Source: the human T2T-CHM13v2.0 reference genome, Homo sapiens
Assembly: GCF_009914755.1 (NCBI RefSeq)
Contig: NC_060929.1
Length of the DNA stretch: 64,000 nucleotides
Direction: 5' to 3' (one strand)
In this document: in pieces, positions 57,385 to 64,000 of the stretch
Numbering within the stretch: the stretch's first letter is position 1
Layout: every line of letters begins with the position of its first letter
Translations under genes and position numbers: made by a program
Notes under the pieces: model-generated
Told to the model about the DNA's origin: nothing
The model's input: only the letters and a program-made list of their open reading frames with translations
Databases searched by the model: none

Positions 57385-58050
57385 GCTCGGAGCCCCGGCC
57401 GAGCTTCGGAGCCCCGGCCCAGCCCCGGCCGCGCACGCGCAGTGACGCGCCGGCCATGCCGGCGGCTGTTGTCGGGCCTCCAGCGGGCGGGGCCGTTGGC
57501 GGAGCAGAGCGGAGGCGCAGCCGGGCGGAGGGCCCACGAGGGCTCAGCCTTCCCGGTCAGCGGTGGTGACGGTATCCCAGAGTGCCAGAGAACCGTTGCT
57601 TTTCCGAGTTGCTCTTCTTCCAGGCTCCGTTGGTGGTCGGCATGGCCCGTGAGTGGGGGTGGGAAGCGGCGGCGAGCGTCCGGCGTGGGAGCCTAGCGCT
57701 GAGGCGCGGCGGGCGGGGGAGGCGGAGTCCGGCTGGAGAATCCCCCTGGGTCGCGCAGTGCGGGGATCCCCGCTTCAGTCGGCAGAGAGAGAGCTCGCGG
57801 GTGGTTCCGGTCCGGCTTTTCAGGCCGGACGGGTGCCTGCCCCTCAGGTGCGAGTTTGTGCGGTAAAGAACACACCCCGGAGATGTGGACACGGCCGCCC
57901 CAGGAGGGTCCTTGTTTGGAGGTACTTTATAGCTGATACCTCAAGTCTTAAGGCCTAATGAGGACCGGGAACTCCAGTGAGTCGCCTCCCTAGTTCTTTT
58001 GTTTGGCGCTCGCAGGTAGTAGCCGAATAAACAGGAGGCTTTAGAGCCGG
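57385..58050 (+). promoter_or_regulatory. CpG-island promoter of SERF1
   Basis: Abrupt GC/CpG enrichment. GC boxes (gggcggg at ~57485, gggcgg at ~57523), an NRF1-like gcgcacgcgc, a CRE half-site tgacg, and three agccccggcc repeats. TSS position not determinable from sequence alone. Confidence 0.88.
57642..57648 (+). CDS. SERF1A: SERF1 coding exon 1 (ATG GCC C)
   Basis: Strong Kozak context ggcATGg followed by donor gtgagt at 57649. Splices in frame to exon 2 to give MARGNQRE. SERF1A and SERF1B cannot be distinguished here. Confidence 0.93.
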
Positions 58051-58580
58051 TCCTAAATTTGATGTTCGTTTGTACCAGTCCTAGGTGTTAGGTCAGTCTG
58101 TTCTGCAAAATGAAAACAATGAAGCCTACCTTGCAGGGTTGTGGCTAGAATAAGGATGTAAAGGCCCACACTGCCTTTCGCAGACTTACCTTCAATCTGT
58201 TCAGTCTCCATCCACCCCTCTCCGCCTCTGCATGGGGATAAAGGTAACTCTCAAGTGATGGGCTGAACTTGTGATCTCTGTATCTAGCTTTCTCTTCCAC
58301 CCACTCCCCTCAAAAGCCAGAACTTATTTTGGGATACCGGCCCAAGATTCGAATATCTGTTTTAAAATATCTGGTATTTATAGCTAGTGACCACCTAGAT
58401 TGGTATGATAATACTCTTAAGTCTTTAAGTGTTTAAGCCACTTCCTTATTGTCAGATCTAGGAGCACCATCAATCTGTTACTCTGCTAGTTTATCTATGA
58501 AAACACAAACTAAAGATGCATTTAAATAAGGCCTGTTTATTGGAATTATTAATAATTTTGGAGATGGGAAAAGAGCATGA

Positions 58581-58721
<141 letters not shown>

Positions 58722-58763
58722 TAATTCTAAAGTCACTGACGTTGTGATTGAAGCAACATTTTG

Positions 58764-59126
<363 letters not shown>

Positions 59127-59230
59127 CTAATGATTTGTGCCAGGCGGACTAAAACCACGTGGGGTAGACATCCCAACATATAGATAAAAACGTAAAGCTC
59201 TGAAGCTATTATTTGTTTCACAGAGACTCA

Positions 59231-59581
<351 letters not shown>

Positions 59582-60149
59582 TCAGCAAAATAACATCTTC
59601 TATATGCAAAACACTGTGAGGTGCTAGAGTTACAACATTTTCAAAGTAGACAGCCTACCCAAACTACTCTGAATGACAAGGGACTCAATTATTAATATAT
59701 AATGATAATAGTTCTCAAGAAGATACAAAAAAGTATATGCATAATAGCTAGCTGTGCTGATTTCTGAAGATCCATTGCATTGGAGAGAATTCATGTACAT
59801 AGCCTTAATATATGACTATATGTGCCAATGTAAAACTGCTACAGAAATACTTTAGACTGCAGCTTAAGTAAAAAAAAGTACACTCATGTTTCTAAAAGAG
59901 CTAATCAAAGCTTAATTTTATTCTCAAATGATTTTGTCCATATGGAACTTGGAGGTTAAGCGAATAACTGACTGCATGTGCTTCAGTGTGGCTTGTTAGG
60001 GGTTCTCAATCCTGGCTGCACATTAGAATCACCTGGGAAACCTTGACAGCTACTCAAGCCTTGCGTTATGCTCAGTTTTGATTTTTTGTTTTTTTAAAAA
60101 ATTGAATTACAATAGTTGTACATATTTTGGGGGTACATGTGATCTTTTA

Positions 60150-61204
<1,055 letters not shown>

Positions 61205-61307
61205 TCAAATCGGGGTAATTGGGATATCTCTATGCTCAAACATTTATCTTTCATCCAGTTCTGATTTAATTGGTCAGAGGTCGAGCATTAAAAAGCACCC
61301 TAGGTAA

Positions 61308-61818
<511 letters not shown>

Positions 61819-61939
61819 CCCAGTTATACCTTAAACTGAACTTAAAACAGCTCCCAGGTGATTCTAATGTGCAGCCACTATTAAGAGTCATTGATAAATG
61901 AGATTAAAGACCTTAATTTAAGGCAAAGGTCCTGACACC

Positions 61940-62240
61940 TTTTTTTTTTTTTTCCCAGATATGGCGTCTTACTCTGTGACCCAGACTGGAGTGCAGTGCC
62001 ACAGTCTCGGTTCACTGCAAGCTCTGCCTCCCAGGCTCAAGTGACCCTCCCACCTCAGCCTTCTGAGTAGCTGGGACTACAAGGGCACACCACCAAGCCC
62101 AGATAGTTTTTATATTTTTTGTAGAAACGGGGTTTCATCATGTTGTCCAGGCAGGTCTTGAACTTCTGGGGTCAAGTGATTTGCCCACCTCAGTCCCCCA
62201 AAGTGCTGGAATTACAGGTGTGAGCCACTATGCCCGGCCC
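61940..62240 (-). mobile_element. AluJ-like element
   Basis: Antisense dimer with ggctcaagtgaccctcccacctcagcc. Confidence 0.87.
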
Positions 62241-62659
62241 TAACATTTATTATTAAAGTGATAAGCTTTGTCTTCAATTTCTGTTGACTCACATTAGAGT
62301 AAAAATGAACATGGTATGAATCAGTGACCCTGCAATAGTATTTTTATTGGAGAACCTAGTCTAGCTTGGTTCAGAAATTGTCATTGTTTACCAGATATGC
62401 ACTCCTTATAAAATTCTATGCTAGACATTCTATATACATTATTCTTTATTCATCATAACTCTGAAAAATGGTATTAGCACTAATCTGTAGAATAGGAAAC
62501 TGAGGCTCTGAACTTCAGTAACATTACTAAAGTTACACAGCAAGCACAACAGAGCTTGGTTTCAAATAGAGAAGTAACTGTCATGGTTCTTTTTCCACTG
62601 TACTTCATTTCTTTATAGCTATGTTTTTGTTTTTGTTTTAGTGAAAGCAAGTTTATTAG

Positions 62660-63038
<379 letters not shown>

Positions 63039-63145
63039 TATTTTGCCTTTCTTCTATTCCCTTGTTTTTGCTATTGGCTTTACAGAAATATCTTACCATC
63101 ATGGCTGTGGAAATCAGTTTAGCATTTCCTCAAAAAGTTAAAACA

Positions 63146-63547
<402 letters not shown>

Positions 63548-63666
63548 TTAGTCTGTTTTTAAAATATGGGTCCATGGACTCATGAATCACCTAACCCAGG
63601 TAGTCTGGTCATAGTTCACAGTTTATATGGCATGTGTCAGTTTGACTGGAGATGAGAAGGGTTAAG

Positions 63667-63956
63667 GGCTGGGCGCAGTGGCTCACACCTGTAATCCCAG
63701 CACTTTGGGAGACTGAGGCAGGCGGATCACAAGGTCAGGAGTTCGAGACCAGCCTGGCCAATATGGTGAAACCTCGTCTCTACTTAAAATGCAAAAATTA
63801 GTCGGGTGTGGTGGCGCATGCCTGTAGTCCCAGCTACTCAGGAGGCTGAGGCAGAAGAACTGCAAGCAGGAAGTGGAGGTTGCAGTGAGCCAAGATCGTT
63901 CCACCGCACTCCAGCCTGGGGGACAAAGCGAGACTCCGTCTCAAAAAAAAAAAAAA
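63667..63956 (+). mobile_element. AluS (Sg-like) element
   Basis: ggatcacaaggtcaggagttcgagaccagcc with a poly-A tail. Confidence 0.88.
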
Positions 63957-64000
63957 GTACCCTGAACATCCAGCTTTTCTTTATTGTAATCCAGTTTTAG

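Noticed and set aside
57352-57958. Several overlapping ORFs in the CpG island
   Set aside because: Stop codons are scarce in GC-rich DNA. Only ATG GCC C at 57642 is supported by splicing to exon 2.

Overview
Primate (human-like) genomic DNA, not prokaryotic. I recognise it as the 5q13 SMA segmental-duplication region. About 57 kb is AT-rich DNA full of L1, LTR, MIR and L2 repeats. It carries one orphan but splice-intact 295-bp exon of cadherin-12 (CDH12 pseudogene fragment, minus strand, 17014-17308). At ~57.4 kb the sequence switches abruptly to a CpG island holding the promoter and first two coding exons of SERF1 (SERF1A and SERF1B cannot be told apart here), followed by an Alu-dense intron 2. 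Nearly all ORFs in the supplied track are Alu, L1 or low-complexity artefacts. I found no clearly new biological system. The best second-look items are: a ~40-bp-stem pre-miRNA-like hairpin (48540-48634); an in-frame uORF and a cryptic splice acceptor in the SERF1 leader; an intact LTR12F solo LTR facing SERF1; a very young AluYb8 tail-to-tail with an older Alu; twin-priming L1 inversions; a chimeric AluS/AluY; a retroposed polyadenylated LTR fragment; and a probable duplicon junction at the SERF1 promoter. Repeat family names come from my recall of consensus sequences, not from a search, and repeat boundaries are approximate unless TSDs are given.
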